Shown here: in pieces, positions 42,001 through 54,000 of the stretch
Numbering within the stretch: position 1 is the first letter of the stretch
Layout: each line of letters begins with the position of its first letter
From: an uncultured Planctomycetales bacterium
GTDB taxonomy: Bacteria > Omnitrophota > Gorgyraeia > Zapsychrales > Zapsychraceae
Assembly: GCA_964364455.1 (NCBI GenBank)
Contig: CAYIMR010000001.1
Span: 2,403 to 66,402, forward strand
Length of the DNA: 64,000 nucleotides
Reading direction: 5' to 3'
The notes under the pieces: model-generated
What the model was told of the DNA's origin: nothing
Seen by the model: only the letters and a program-made list of their open reading frames with translations
Databases searched by the model: none
Made by a program: the position numbers and the translations under genes

Positions 42001-45000
42001 CGGGCTTTGTCTGGTCGGGAAGGATGCTCTTGTCCTGCTCGGTCAACGGCGCCCTGACAAACGGAATCTCCTTCTTGTTCTCCTTGCTGTCTTTCTTCCA
42101 GAAGGAGATAAAGTCCTTGAAGCCCTTAAAGCTCAGGAGATTATACTTCGCGTAAGCAGAGGGAGTGCCTGACGTCGCGAGATCCGCCCCAACGCTGGTG
42201 CTCTCGGAGACGTCGTACTTTGTGGAAAGCGTGCCCTTATAATTGTCATTTGAGTCTTTGCTGACGCCGATCTTCACGTCTTTGTTGATATTCAGGCCGA
42301 CCCCGTAGGTCTCGGCTCCCTTAACGTTGCTGTAGGAGACATTCAGATTCTTGTAGCGGCCCGTCAGGCTGAAGCGGTTCGATCCGATGGCCTGCTCGGC
42401 CGTGAAATACACAGGCCCGAGATTGACATCCGCGCCGACGGAGGCGTAATATTCCTCGCGCTCCGGCCAGAGGTCGAGGTAGCCTTTCTCGTGCTCCCTG
42501 TTGAGGGAGAAATTCAGCGTGACGTTCTTGTTGAGCTCGTGCTTGAGGGTCAGCTTCTGGAAGTTATAGGCGTCCTTGCTCTTGAATTCGACGTTGCTCT
42601 GATCCGCGACCGTCTTTCCTGTGGCGGTGTCGGTAATAGTGATATTGTCAATGGTCGTCCTCTGGGCATCGGCATAACCTATCTTCAGGACAAGCCGGTT
42701 CTTTTCGCTCGCCTGATAATCCACAACGCCTTCAACGGCCCGCGTCTGCGAATTATCGCCGGCGGCGTTCACCTTGATGAATCCGGCAATCCCCAGATAG
42801 ACGTTGTTGCCCTGAACGCCGATGCTGTCCAGGATAAGGATGGCGTGCTCTGTCTTGGTGACGCCGCCCCCCGTGGCATACTCTTCGTATCTCTCCGACT
42901 TATTGTGCCCCACGGCAATCCTGTGAATAATGCCGTCGTTGTCCACGCCCGTTGTGGTGATATTCGCCAGGAAATAACTGTTGTCCGGGCTGCCGGTGTA
43001 GGAGGCCTTTGACGTCCCGACGTAGAGATCGACCCCAGGCAGGAGGTTCTGCGTGGCGAACTGCTGGAAGGTTGGAACCAGGCCCTTTCCGTCTTCCTTG
43101 ATATCCGTGAGGCTTATCTCAGAAGCCTCTGTGACAGACCTTCCGTTGAGTGCGGCCATGCGGCCGTAAGGCCTGACGTAGACGTAATACTCGTCTCCGA
43201 TTTGGACAACCGCCGGCGGGGCCCGGGTCATCCGCGCCACGTAACTTCTCAAGGCATTGAACCTGTCCGCCGTAAATTCTTGTATCCCGGCCTTCTCAAG
43301 GTTGATCTTCATCAGATGATCCGTCAAGAGAAGCACCCTGCGGTTATAATCACTGGATGCCCCGGCGAGCTCAGCAAGGGCCTTTTTGGCCTTTGTCTTG
43401 GCGTCGTCAAGGGCCTTTCCTGCCTCTTTAATGACCTTGTTTTCACGCAGGCGCGTCTGATTGGTTTCATTCGATGTCCCAAGCGATTTCAGGACATCCT
43501 CGAGCGGATTCTTGCCTGCCCCGGTGAGCGCGTCTATGGTATCAACCGCTTTCAGGAGATTCTTTTCCTCAATATCCATAATGTTCTTGACGCTCTCACC
43601 GACCCCGTCGGCGAAATATTTGCCTGTGGCGACAAGCTGATTGACCGCGTCAACAATCCTGATGCGCTCCTGAACAATCTTGAGATCTTCCCTGGCCAGC
43701 TTGAGCTTGCGTTCGATGACCTGCGCGGGCGTCTCGGAGGCGCCCTTGGACTCGACATATTTATCGTCCAGATCGGCCTGACGATGAACGCCCCAGGCAG
43801 GATTGTCGTGGTATTCTTTCTCCTGGTCAAGCGTCGGGAGCCACTGCGTGATAAGATTCCTGGTTCCCTCGGAAAACATCTTTTTATTCTCGGCCGCGAT
43901 CTTAAGATATTTCCTGTTTTCTTCTATGCGGCTCAACCGGCCCATCACCTTGGTGGTCCTCGGCTCCTTGTCATCTTCATGCCAGTAGCTCCGGACAGCC
44001 TGCCTGTCCTTGAAAATGGGCACCTTATTCTCGTAATCGGGGACGTCGACCGTCAAAGACGCCTTCAACATCTTGATCGTTCTGTCTAAGTAGGGGATTT
44101 CATTGATAAGAACATTCTTGCGCTCATTGAGAATCTCCTGCGGCGTCTGGAAGAACGTGCCTTTATCCTTGGCGTCCCATGCCAGCTTCTGATTCTTCAG
44201 CATGGGCAATCGCGTGTTCTCCAGGGCAAGCCTTTGCTCGCTCAGCGCAAGAAGCTCCTGGACAAAGGACAGCCACTTGGCATTGCCATTGGCCTTCTTG
44301 ATCTCGCCCTGCAAGTACGGGATGGTCTCGGTTCTCAGTTGATTGATGAGTTTGTTGGTATCGGACAGCCATTTCTCGACGTCCGCGCGGGGCAGGAGGA
44401 TAGTAGCATAATCTTTCTCTCGAAGCATCCTGTCGATCTCATCTCTCCCCTTCTCATCCTCCGCCTTCTTTTCCTGCGTATTGCTGATCGCCACGGCAAT
44501 GGCCCTCTCAACGGGCCGGAGCATATCGCCGTTGGCGTCCTTGGCCCCAAGCTGATAGCCCTCCGCGGCCGTCTTGGTGCCGGGATTGCGCAACATCCCC
44601 TCCATGTCCGCGATGTTCTTGGCAATCTCGGAACGTTTATCCTGCAGTCTGCTTGAATCCGGACCGAATATCGAGGCCGTGGCGCGATCCGCGTAGGCCT
44701 TGATCTCTTCTTTCAGCGCCGCCACAATGCCGCCGTTCTTGGCCTTTTCCCTAAGCTCGCTCATAAATTTCTCGCCGTTGGTGTCCGTGGGATCTTTGTC
44801 GAGCGCAATGGTCCTGAGACCCTTCAGGAGGTAGTTGCCGTTCATCAGCTTCACGTCCATCTTGCTCACGCCGGCCTCTATCAAATTCCCTATGGCCTTA
44901 GTCTCTTTCAGGAAGGCCTCTTTGTCGTTGCTTTTCCTGGCATCCTCCGCCTTCTTGAGGCCTTCGTACAACTCACGGGCCAGTTTCTCCTCCTTTTTAT

Positions 45001-48000
45001 AATCGGCTTCTTTTTGGCTCATGTTGAGATTCTCCTTCTGAACGTCGGAAAGCATCTTCTCATATGCCTTGTCCGTCTTTAATCCCGCGCCTTTCAGGAA
45101 TCCTGTGAGATCGTCGACCGAGGCCTTCATGCCGTACCTGGCCTCCGGCGAAAGCCTGTCGGCAGGCTGTTTGTCTTTTTGAACCTCATATTCAACCTCT
45201 TCCACAGGAGGCATATATCCGTCCGGCAGCCGCCTGGAAGATCCGTTCTTTTCCTGCACAAGCGCGGCAGCGGGATCGTTTTTCTGCTTGTCGGGATAAT
45301 TGGCGCCGAACCCAAGGATACGGGCCTCTCCACTGAAGCTGTCTATGTCAGGGCCTTCCACGATGATGTTGGCCGGCTGCCTGCTGCCCTGAGGCGCCGC
45401 AATAATTTTATGGGCCACAAGCGTCCCGTCGGGTTTACGCCACATGAACTTCACGTCCTTGCCTTCCTCCTGCGGCCATGTCACGTAATCGGCAACATCT
45501 TTTTCGGTAAAGAGATACCGCGAGCCTGTTCCCAAATCAGCGGCAATCGGAATCCTTTGCAACCTCTTCTCAAAGATGGCCACCTCACCCTCAACGGCCT
45601 TGGCGTCCGTATCCTTGTCCTTGCCGCTGTTCCTGATGCCCCAGACATAGGGGAGGTCCTTTGCCTTAACGTCACCCGCATCGACAACCCTGCCTTCGAT
45701 GCCGGCAATGCCCGTGACCATAACCGTGCCCTCCGGCAGCGGCGTTTCGTTGATTATCGTATCAGCCGCGCTCTTGATAATGCCTGCTTCAAACCGCGAG
45801 AACCTCTTAAAGTCGTCGCCATTTAACTCGCGCACCGGTGCCGGCCCGTTAAAATTCGCTGCCGTCTTATTAATCTCCCTGGGATTATTCATGTCAGGAA
45901 TATCGGCCCTGACCACCAGGACTGTCCGGTCTTTAATCTCCGCGGCCCAATCCTCTATCTTGACCGGCCCCTTCGACGTCCCGGCCTTTATCTTGACGAT
46001 CATGACAGGCTCGGTCATCGTCTCTGACTGGTCGACGACAACCATGTCAATCCCTGTCCTCTGCTCTTCTGGAATTGCCGCCAGGATCTTCTGCGTCTGC
46101 CACGAGCTCAAATGAAGCTCATCGGCGTTAAACATCACGGTCTGAGCGGCCTTGCCTTCCCCGTCCTTAATGTCGACGGACTCTATCCTGTTGGGCACCG
46201 GCACAAGGACTGTCTTCTTCTCTCTGATGCCGTCTTTGTTCTTCAGCCATTTCAACCGGAAGGCCTCCTTTTCAACGTCTTCCGGCCTGCCGGTATAGGG
46301 CATGGTGCGCAGATATTCGCCGCGGCTGTTGAGCACAATAAGATGCCCCGTGACGTCCGAAGGATTGACGCTTGACCGCAGGTCTTCAGGGACAAGCGGA
46401 TTCTCAAACCAGTAATGAAGTCTGGCCCCCTCGCGGCTGACGATGACAATCGGATGAACATAGCGGGCATCTCCGTCTTTCAATTCGCCTGAAATAACGC
46501 CGGGATTAACGGGGACCTTCACCTTGTTCCTTCCAAAATAAACCGTCATGCCGTCGCGCTCATATCCCCTTGAGGGGATAGTCAGCGGCATGCCCTCCCA
46601 GTCATAATGCCTGATAAATTTAAACGCTGCCGGATCCCATGTCGCGCCCAATATGATGCCGTTCTGATCTTTTCCGGAGCGGATTTCATGCAGCTCCCTC
46701 AGCCGCGGGACATCCGCCTTGGAAGGCATGATGTACTCCTGGCCTTCCGTCATCATCTGGCCGACGTCTTCAAGGTATTCCTTGGCCGCCGGCTCGGTCT
46801 CGCCCTCAAGTGTATAAAAATGGGGAACGGCGAACCGGACGCGTTTCTCCCAGATGCCGTCCTGGCCGCGGACATATTGATAGCCAAAGAGGAACCATTC
46901 GGGATGCTCTGTGTTTTTGCCATCAACCTCTATCTTGTCCCCTTCGCGGCCTCTGTATAGGGCATAAACTTTGTTCGGATCCTCATTCTCCCTTGCATCA
47001 GTCATGAAGACGACCTGCTGCGCCCCAGGAATCGGCACCGCGCCGTACTTATGCCCTCTTAACACAGAGCTGTCTTTTGGCTTACCGACAATATCGCCGA
47101 GAACCGGCAGATCGCCAAACAGGGAACTCAGCAGATCCGCAGGGAGGTCCTCCAGGATCTGGGCGGGCGTAATGACTATCTCCCTGGCCTTCTTCATGTC
47201 GGTGAAACGGTATTCGCCGGTTGTCTCATCCTTGACCATGGGCAGGGCGCTCATCTTAAGCGTCGTGGCGTCGACAAAGACCCTCGCGGCATCCAATGGC
47301 CCCTGCCATTTATCCACCCGCCAGAACGGATGTTTGCGCGTGATCACAAGGCCGCCTCTCAACGGCCACTCAAGCTGTTTGGCGCGCAGCTCATTGTAAA
47401 TCTTGGCCAGGACCTGGACGTAGGCCAGATACCCCAGGGTCATGGTGGCCGGCGAGGCCTTCGAGAGATCGTTCAAACCAATGCTCTGGACAATCAGGTC
47501 GAAATAGAGGCTGTAGCTGTTATCTATGCCGACGTTAAAATCTATGGAAAGATCGTTGACCTTGTTGAGGTATTTTCTGAAATTGTAAATGCTGTTGCCG
47601 GGTTTCCAGTTGAGGCCGACGCCGGCGAAGAGCCGGGTCTTGTCCTTTTCTGACAACTCCTCGTATTGCCTGAAAAGGTTGTCGATAAACGAGTACGGAT
47701 CCGTATGAATGGCCTCTGCCGATGCCTTGATAAGGCCGTAACGGGCCTCTTGCTCAAAACGCTTCTGGTCGGCATCGCCGCCCTTGGCCTGGTTGAGTTT
47801 TTTCTCTGCCTTGGCCAGATCTTTATGAAGCCTGGCTATATCCTTGATGATGCGGGCTTCTTTATGCAGGGTTGCCAGCAGCCGGGCAACCTCCGGGCGT
47901 CTGACCACATCCGCGGTCTCAGGCGCGGCCTTCGCCAACTCTTCCATGCTCTTAAATGCCCCTGCATTGCCGTCTCTGAGACGATCGATGTCCTCGGAAA

Positions 48001-51000
48001 TCTTGTTGATCTCTGCCTCGAAAAGTCCGGCCTCCTGGGCCCCCTGCAATAAGACCTCCCTGATTGTTGAAACGCCGACAGATTCAAGAACATCAATGGC
48101 CTTAAGCTCAGCGGACGCTTCGGCGAACCGGCCCGTCTCCTTGAGGAAATTATCGTATAAACCGCCGTAGACGCGGCCCATGACGTCCGCGGCAGCCGCC
48201 TTCGATTTCAATAACCGCGCCTCATAGGCCTCGCCGCTCGCCTCGCCCAAATCAGAATCCGTAAGCTTTAACCTGAACAGATAATGCGCCCCTCTCTTTT
48301 CTGCCCCGGCAAATGCCCCGGCTGTTCCGAGAACCGCGCCCGGCTTGATCTCGCCGCCCTGCGTGATCTCAACCGCGCCCAGATGGCCGAAGACCTGTTT
48401 AATCTTGATGCCCTCCTGGCTGGTTGACTCGACGGTAATTTCATAACCGCGCGGCCCGCGCTCGACGGCCGTGACCCTGCCGTCCAGGATGCTGCGCACG
48501 CGTGTCCCTTCCGGCACCACGTGCTCGCGGATGCCTTTCTCATAAGGAATAATCTTATAATCCGGGGAATCGCGCACCGCCATCGTCTCTGAGGTCTGTG
48601 ATTCCAGGAACCTCGGCAGGTCCACTTTTTCCTTGTCGCCGCCTTCCAGGAACGGACTCACCGGATGCCTAGAGAAGATAACGAGACTGCTTGTCATGCT
48701 GTCCGTCCCTGTGGCCTTATTCACAGTCCTAAAGAATCCTTTAAGGATCCGGCCAAGGGCATCGTTGTCTTTGATAATATCCTTGTCCGATATCACGAGG
48801 ACCAGACCCTTTCGGGCGCCTTCCTGATCTTTCAGTCCCTTCCTGGCTAAAATGTCCTCAATGCTGGCCTTTAATGCCCCGGGCAGATGATCAGCCGGCT
48901 CAATGCCTTTGTCTGTGAGCTTCATCAGGCCGCCGTCTTTTCCTTTGAACACCAAATACGGTTCCGGCATATTCAGGCCGGGCTCGCCGGAGAGGCGCAG
49001 GGCCTTGCCCTCAACCATCAATGTCTCAACAACAGGGAATATAACCTCTTTGCCGGACTCCTTCCTGGTCAGCCTGACCCTCTCTTCAATCGGCAGTTTA
49101 TATCCCGCCTCGGACGGGACATCGGCCGGCGCAACCGGACGTTTGCCCTCGGCAGCCATCTTGCGCTCAGCCACGCTGAATTCGCCCGTCCCTGACAAAT
49201 ACTCCGTGTAGCCTGCGGCTTTATCCTGGACAAAGAGCCGGCCGAGCTTGTCCTTGTCAATGTTTTTATACATGGCGATGATCTTCCTGACGTAATCCGG
49301 CGTTTCGTGGTTGCCGCTGATCTGGCCGTTAACCACCTTTGGATAATAGCTGTCGGAATGATCCGGCCCTGCGTTATATCCGGCCAGGCTGTACTGCAGC
49401 AGCTCTTTAAGCGTAGCCTTGGGATACCTGCGGCTCATCTTTTCCATAACCTCCGCCAGATAACTCACGCCTACGGTCACGTTCTTGCGCGGGTCAAAGA
49501 CATCCGGTTCGTACGGCCAGGCCTCGGGGATAACGCCCTCGCGCGCGAGACGCTGGACCGTCGCCTCCCACGTCGTGGCAATAATCTGCATGAGCCCCCT
49601 GGCGCCCTTGGGGCTGACGGCCTTCGGGTTAAACCGGCTTTCCGCGTAAACCGTCGCAAGGACCAATTTGTTAAAATCATCAAAGCTGAAGCCGAATTTC
49701 TTCTCCATGTGCCGGAATATGGCGTACCTGCCCCAGGCCTGCTTCTTAATGGGCATGAGGATATCTTCTTCAAACGACTCGGCGCTCATGACCTCATTCT
49801 CCGCCGCAGCCTTCTTGGCCTTTTCTGCGTCGGATTTCCGGGTGTTCATGCGCTCTATGTCTGCGTCCATACTGTTGAGCGCCTGACGGACGGCGAATTC
49901 CTGGGTCTTCATATCCCAGCGGCCCGTCTCCTCGATCCCAAGGTTTTTCTGCATCTCTTTCACGCGCTGTTTCAGGGCTTCCGTGTAAACGTCCGCGTTG
50001 GCCTCGGCGTCATGCTTAAACGCCATCATCTGCGCCATGTTTTGATAAACGGCCTTTTCATCGCCGGCCGGTTTGTTCGCCTCGGCGAGCCTTACGATCT
50101 GGCGGATGTGACGGACCTGCCAGCCTTTGTCACCCGCGTCAAACGTCTTTGTGTTGCGCCGGCCGAACTCCTCGGTCTCTTTCTTCATGCCCTCAAGACC
50201 AAGCATCTCCTGCTGATCGGCCAGGCTTTGCAACTGCTCTTTGATCCGCTCTTTCTCCCGCGCGTTCTCCGCCAGTTCCATCTGGGCGTTGAGCTTTTGC
50301 CGTTGTAAATCCATCCTTGCCTTGTCCTGTTCCCCGGCGGAGACCTTGCTCACCTCTGCCTCCAAATCCTTCTCGGCAAGATGAATGGCAGCTAAGTAAA
50401 ATTCTTTCTCTTTTCTTTGCAGCGTATTCCGCGCTTGTTTGAGCTGTTCCTTCGCGGCGGTGGAATCTTCCTTTTGCTGTTGAATGCGGTTGACTTCGAG
50501 TCCGGCCTCGATGATCGCTTTGCGAAGATCCCTTAACTCCGGCTGGACGTCTTTGAGCCTGGCCATCGCGGCTAAAAGCGCCTTTCTTTCTTTCATGGAA
50601 GGATCTGTCCGGCCTTCATATTTTGCTATGATCTCTTTTTCCACGAGGATCTGACGGTCTTCCTTCGTAAAGACATTCGCGTTCTCATCCCTGCCATGCG
50701 TCCTGAAGAAAATTTTGGTCACGTCCCTTAAAGGCATCTCATCGACCGGATAATCCGCTTCCCTTAACATCTCTTTGAGCTGCTTGATATCTTTCCCGTA
50801 TCCGAGGGCGAGGTTAAACCGGCCGAGGGAAATTTCCTCTTCTGCCGAGGCAAGCGCCCGGGCCGAGTCAAGGATTTTCTTCTGAAGCGCCCCTGTCTTT
50901 TCTGTCAGCGCCGCGGCCTTTTGTTCCGAATCCCTGGCATCCTTTTCCGCCGCTTTGAGTGCCCTGGCCTTTGCCTCGAAAGACGTCTTCAGGCTCCACT

Positions 51001-54000
51001 GTATTTCCCGCAAGCGGCGGTCTTCCGCTTCGTCTTTGTCGGCTTTCTTCTCACGCGCCGCCGCGCTTTCTTCCACGGCGGTAATGATCTCCTCATGGAG
51101 GCTTCGAAGCTCCTGCTCTTTCTGGTGAATTTCCTCCCGGACCTTAATCATCGCGTCCTCTGCCGGAGTTTCTGCTGACTGGGCGGCGCCTTGAACAGGC
51201 AAGGATGCGTAAGATTTCTTATACAATTCACTGAGCTCTTTAGTGACGCGCTCCGCCTGCATCTGTTTTAAGACAATCGTCTCATCGGGCGTTCTGTCCG
51301 GCTTATTCTGTAATTTCTCGATTTTCTTCACTAAGTCATTCTGTGTAACAGCTTCCATCATGCGGGACAGCTCGCCCTGCATCTCCATCAGCCTGCCTTT
51401 ATGCTCAACATCCAGCGTCTTGCCGTTCTCCAGCTCCTGCATCTGACGGATAATGTTCCTTGCCTTGGATCTTTGATCATAAGGCAGCGCATCCACCAGC
51501 CCCTCGACGCCCTGCCGGTTCTGCCCGCCGGAGGCGAGAGAAGCCATCGATCCTTCGCGCATCTGAGGAAGCTCAACGCCAAACCGGCTTAAGGCATGCT
51601 CATTGGCAAAAGACGTTGCCTGGCCCGCGGCCTCCTCGGCCACGCCAAAGATATCCTTGCCGATGTTCAAGATGCCTTTCGGACCTTCGAGGGCCTGCGT
51701 CCAGACATGGAACGGCCCGCCTATCAATTCGCCGGCAACGGTCACCGCGTGAATCTCTGCGCTGATGAGCCACAGGCCAAGAACACCTTCCCAGAACCGC
51801 CTCGCGATTCTAAGGTTAAACCAGATGTCTGCGGAAACAGATTCGCCGCTGCGATACGCGTCATAAATGCGGATGAGATTGGCAAAAAGACCGACGGAGA
51901 TAAGGTATAACGTCTTTGCCACGGCCTGCGGATAATACCGGAGGGTTGTTTTAAGGCGGGCGATTCTTCTTTTTGCCGCCGGAGGCGCCCTTGGCTGCTC
52001 AACGCGCATTTGAGCGCTCAGGGCATTGAATTCCTCCTCAAGGATGTACCGCAGGTGCCTGCCGGTCGTATAGAAAATTTTTCCTTCCCCTGCGTAAAGA
52101 ACCTTGAATACAGATTTGACATAATTTTCTCCTTGACCGCTCAACTCTGCCCCTGTCTTTCTAAACGCTCTTAATTGGGTAATAACCGCCCCTGCGTCAA
52201 TATCCATACTCGTGCGTTTCTGCAGTGTCTGTTTGTAAACTTCTTTGATCAAAGGACGCAGATTCATGAGCAGGGCTATGACAATCGTATGGAAAATCCC
52301 ACCGATCGTGAAAGAAAGTTTCAAACCGCCCTCGCCGACAAAATGGGCAGCCTGGACTGCCTTCAGCGGCGATACGAACAGCCTCAAGAGATGTTCCAGG
52401 ACATCCCATTGAATAAACACCCCGCCCAAGAGGTATGCGCCGGCGCCGGCGGCGAGGATACCGCTAACGATATACAGTGTCAGACGGGACGCTGTAAAGT
52501 CGACCATGCTGGCCAGCATGGGCACCTGCCACCACAGCGCGCGTAGCCGCCGGCTGAGCCAGCCAATCACTCCGGCTTTCATCCATCCGGATCCGCTCCT
52601 GACCTCAGCCACAACGCCTCGAATATGGTCTTGCGCGGATACCTTCTGCCTTGTGGTTCTTTGCCATGAATCGACCAGTTTCTCGAACCAGTTATCCTGT
52701 AATTTCAGTGCCACAAAGCCAAATCTGCCGGACGGTTTCATGGCAAAGAACCACCAGAAACTATGCAACAACATCTCCCCTGCGCCCGTCAACACGGCCA
52801 GCGGCATAGAAATCGTTCCGTACCGGGAATAAAGCCTGCGGGTGTATTTGATTTTGGATTCACCTTGCTGCGATTTCTTAAACATCTTATAAGATTCTTT
52901 AATCAATCTTAATTCGACCTCTTCCTGTTCTGCCGCGGAAAGGCCTGCGAGCAAATGAGCGTTCTTACCGGAAACCGCCGGCTTGACCTTTTCCTTCCAG
53001 GAAGCCGTCTCGCCACTCCACAGCCTCCAGCCGAGGACCGTGATAATGCCCATGAAGGAAAACAGAACCATGCCCAGCGCTATAAGCGATGTGACCTCAA
53101 AAGAGAATATGGAAAAGAGCACTGCCGGAAGCCATGAAAAACCGACAGCGGCGGTCATAATACCCGCAAGGAGCCCTGCTGATAAGATGCTGACGGCCTC
53201 TCTTGAAAGAAATCTTTCCTTCAAATGTCTCCATCGCCCGGTCTCTTGTGCCCCCTGCACTTCCACAGGACTTGAAACGCGCATCCCTGCGGCTTTCTTC
53301 TCTCGTCCCTCGTCCTTCATCCTTTGTTCCCCAACCGGGCTGGAAGCAAAAAGCCGTGGTGCTGGATTTGCAAACTCCCCGCCGTCTTTATCCAAACGTA
53401 TCTTCTCAAATCCTCTTCTTCTTAAAATACTGGCTATATCGTAGGCAGTCTGCGCGCATTCGTTATCGACAGAGAATCTGACCGCGTCGACATAATAAAT
53501 CACACTGTCTAACAGACTCGTAAATATGCCCTGTCCTTCGACATTGTATTGCCTCATATCAAAGCCGCCCAAATCAAGAATATTCCTTCCTTCTTCACTT
53601 CTTAGGCCAAAAAGTATATATGGATGCTCCGGCAGGGTACTTTCTTCCGGAAGTCGTGTATAAAGTTCCTCTTCGACAGAAACAGCCTCAAGATAAATCA
53701 CTTTTTCATTTCCCCATAACTGGATGGAAACAATGACGTTATATTCCCTCCCATCCTTTGCCGTAAACCTTGCGCCTTCGAAATATTTTTGGATCATCTC
53801 TTCGGTTATTCTTGCTTTTTCTGCTGAAGTTCGTTTTCTCACGGGGCTGGAACTCTTCACCGGCGAGGAGGCCTTGTCTTCTTGATGATCTTTCTTTTCT
53901 GCCGTATCCTGCATCTTGAACAATGCGCCTTCTTGCGTCTCCTTGGAACCCCGTCTTTCTAACACGAAAAGAACTGCCTTGGATACAACAGTAAAGACAA

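Noticed and set aside
37886-50308. Long plus-strand ORFs (e.g. 37886-39076, 40874-42172, 49307-50308)
   Set aside because: Codon-aligned antisense shadows of the GC-rich part of the giant ORF; no recognisable motifs.
53390-53740. Third GNAT-like domain (GQGIFTSLL...RRGF)
   Set aside because: Motif match too weak to list without a profile search.
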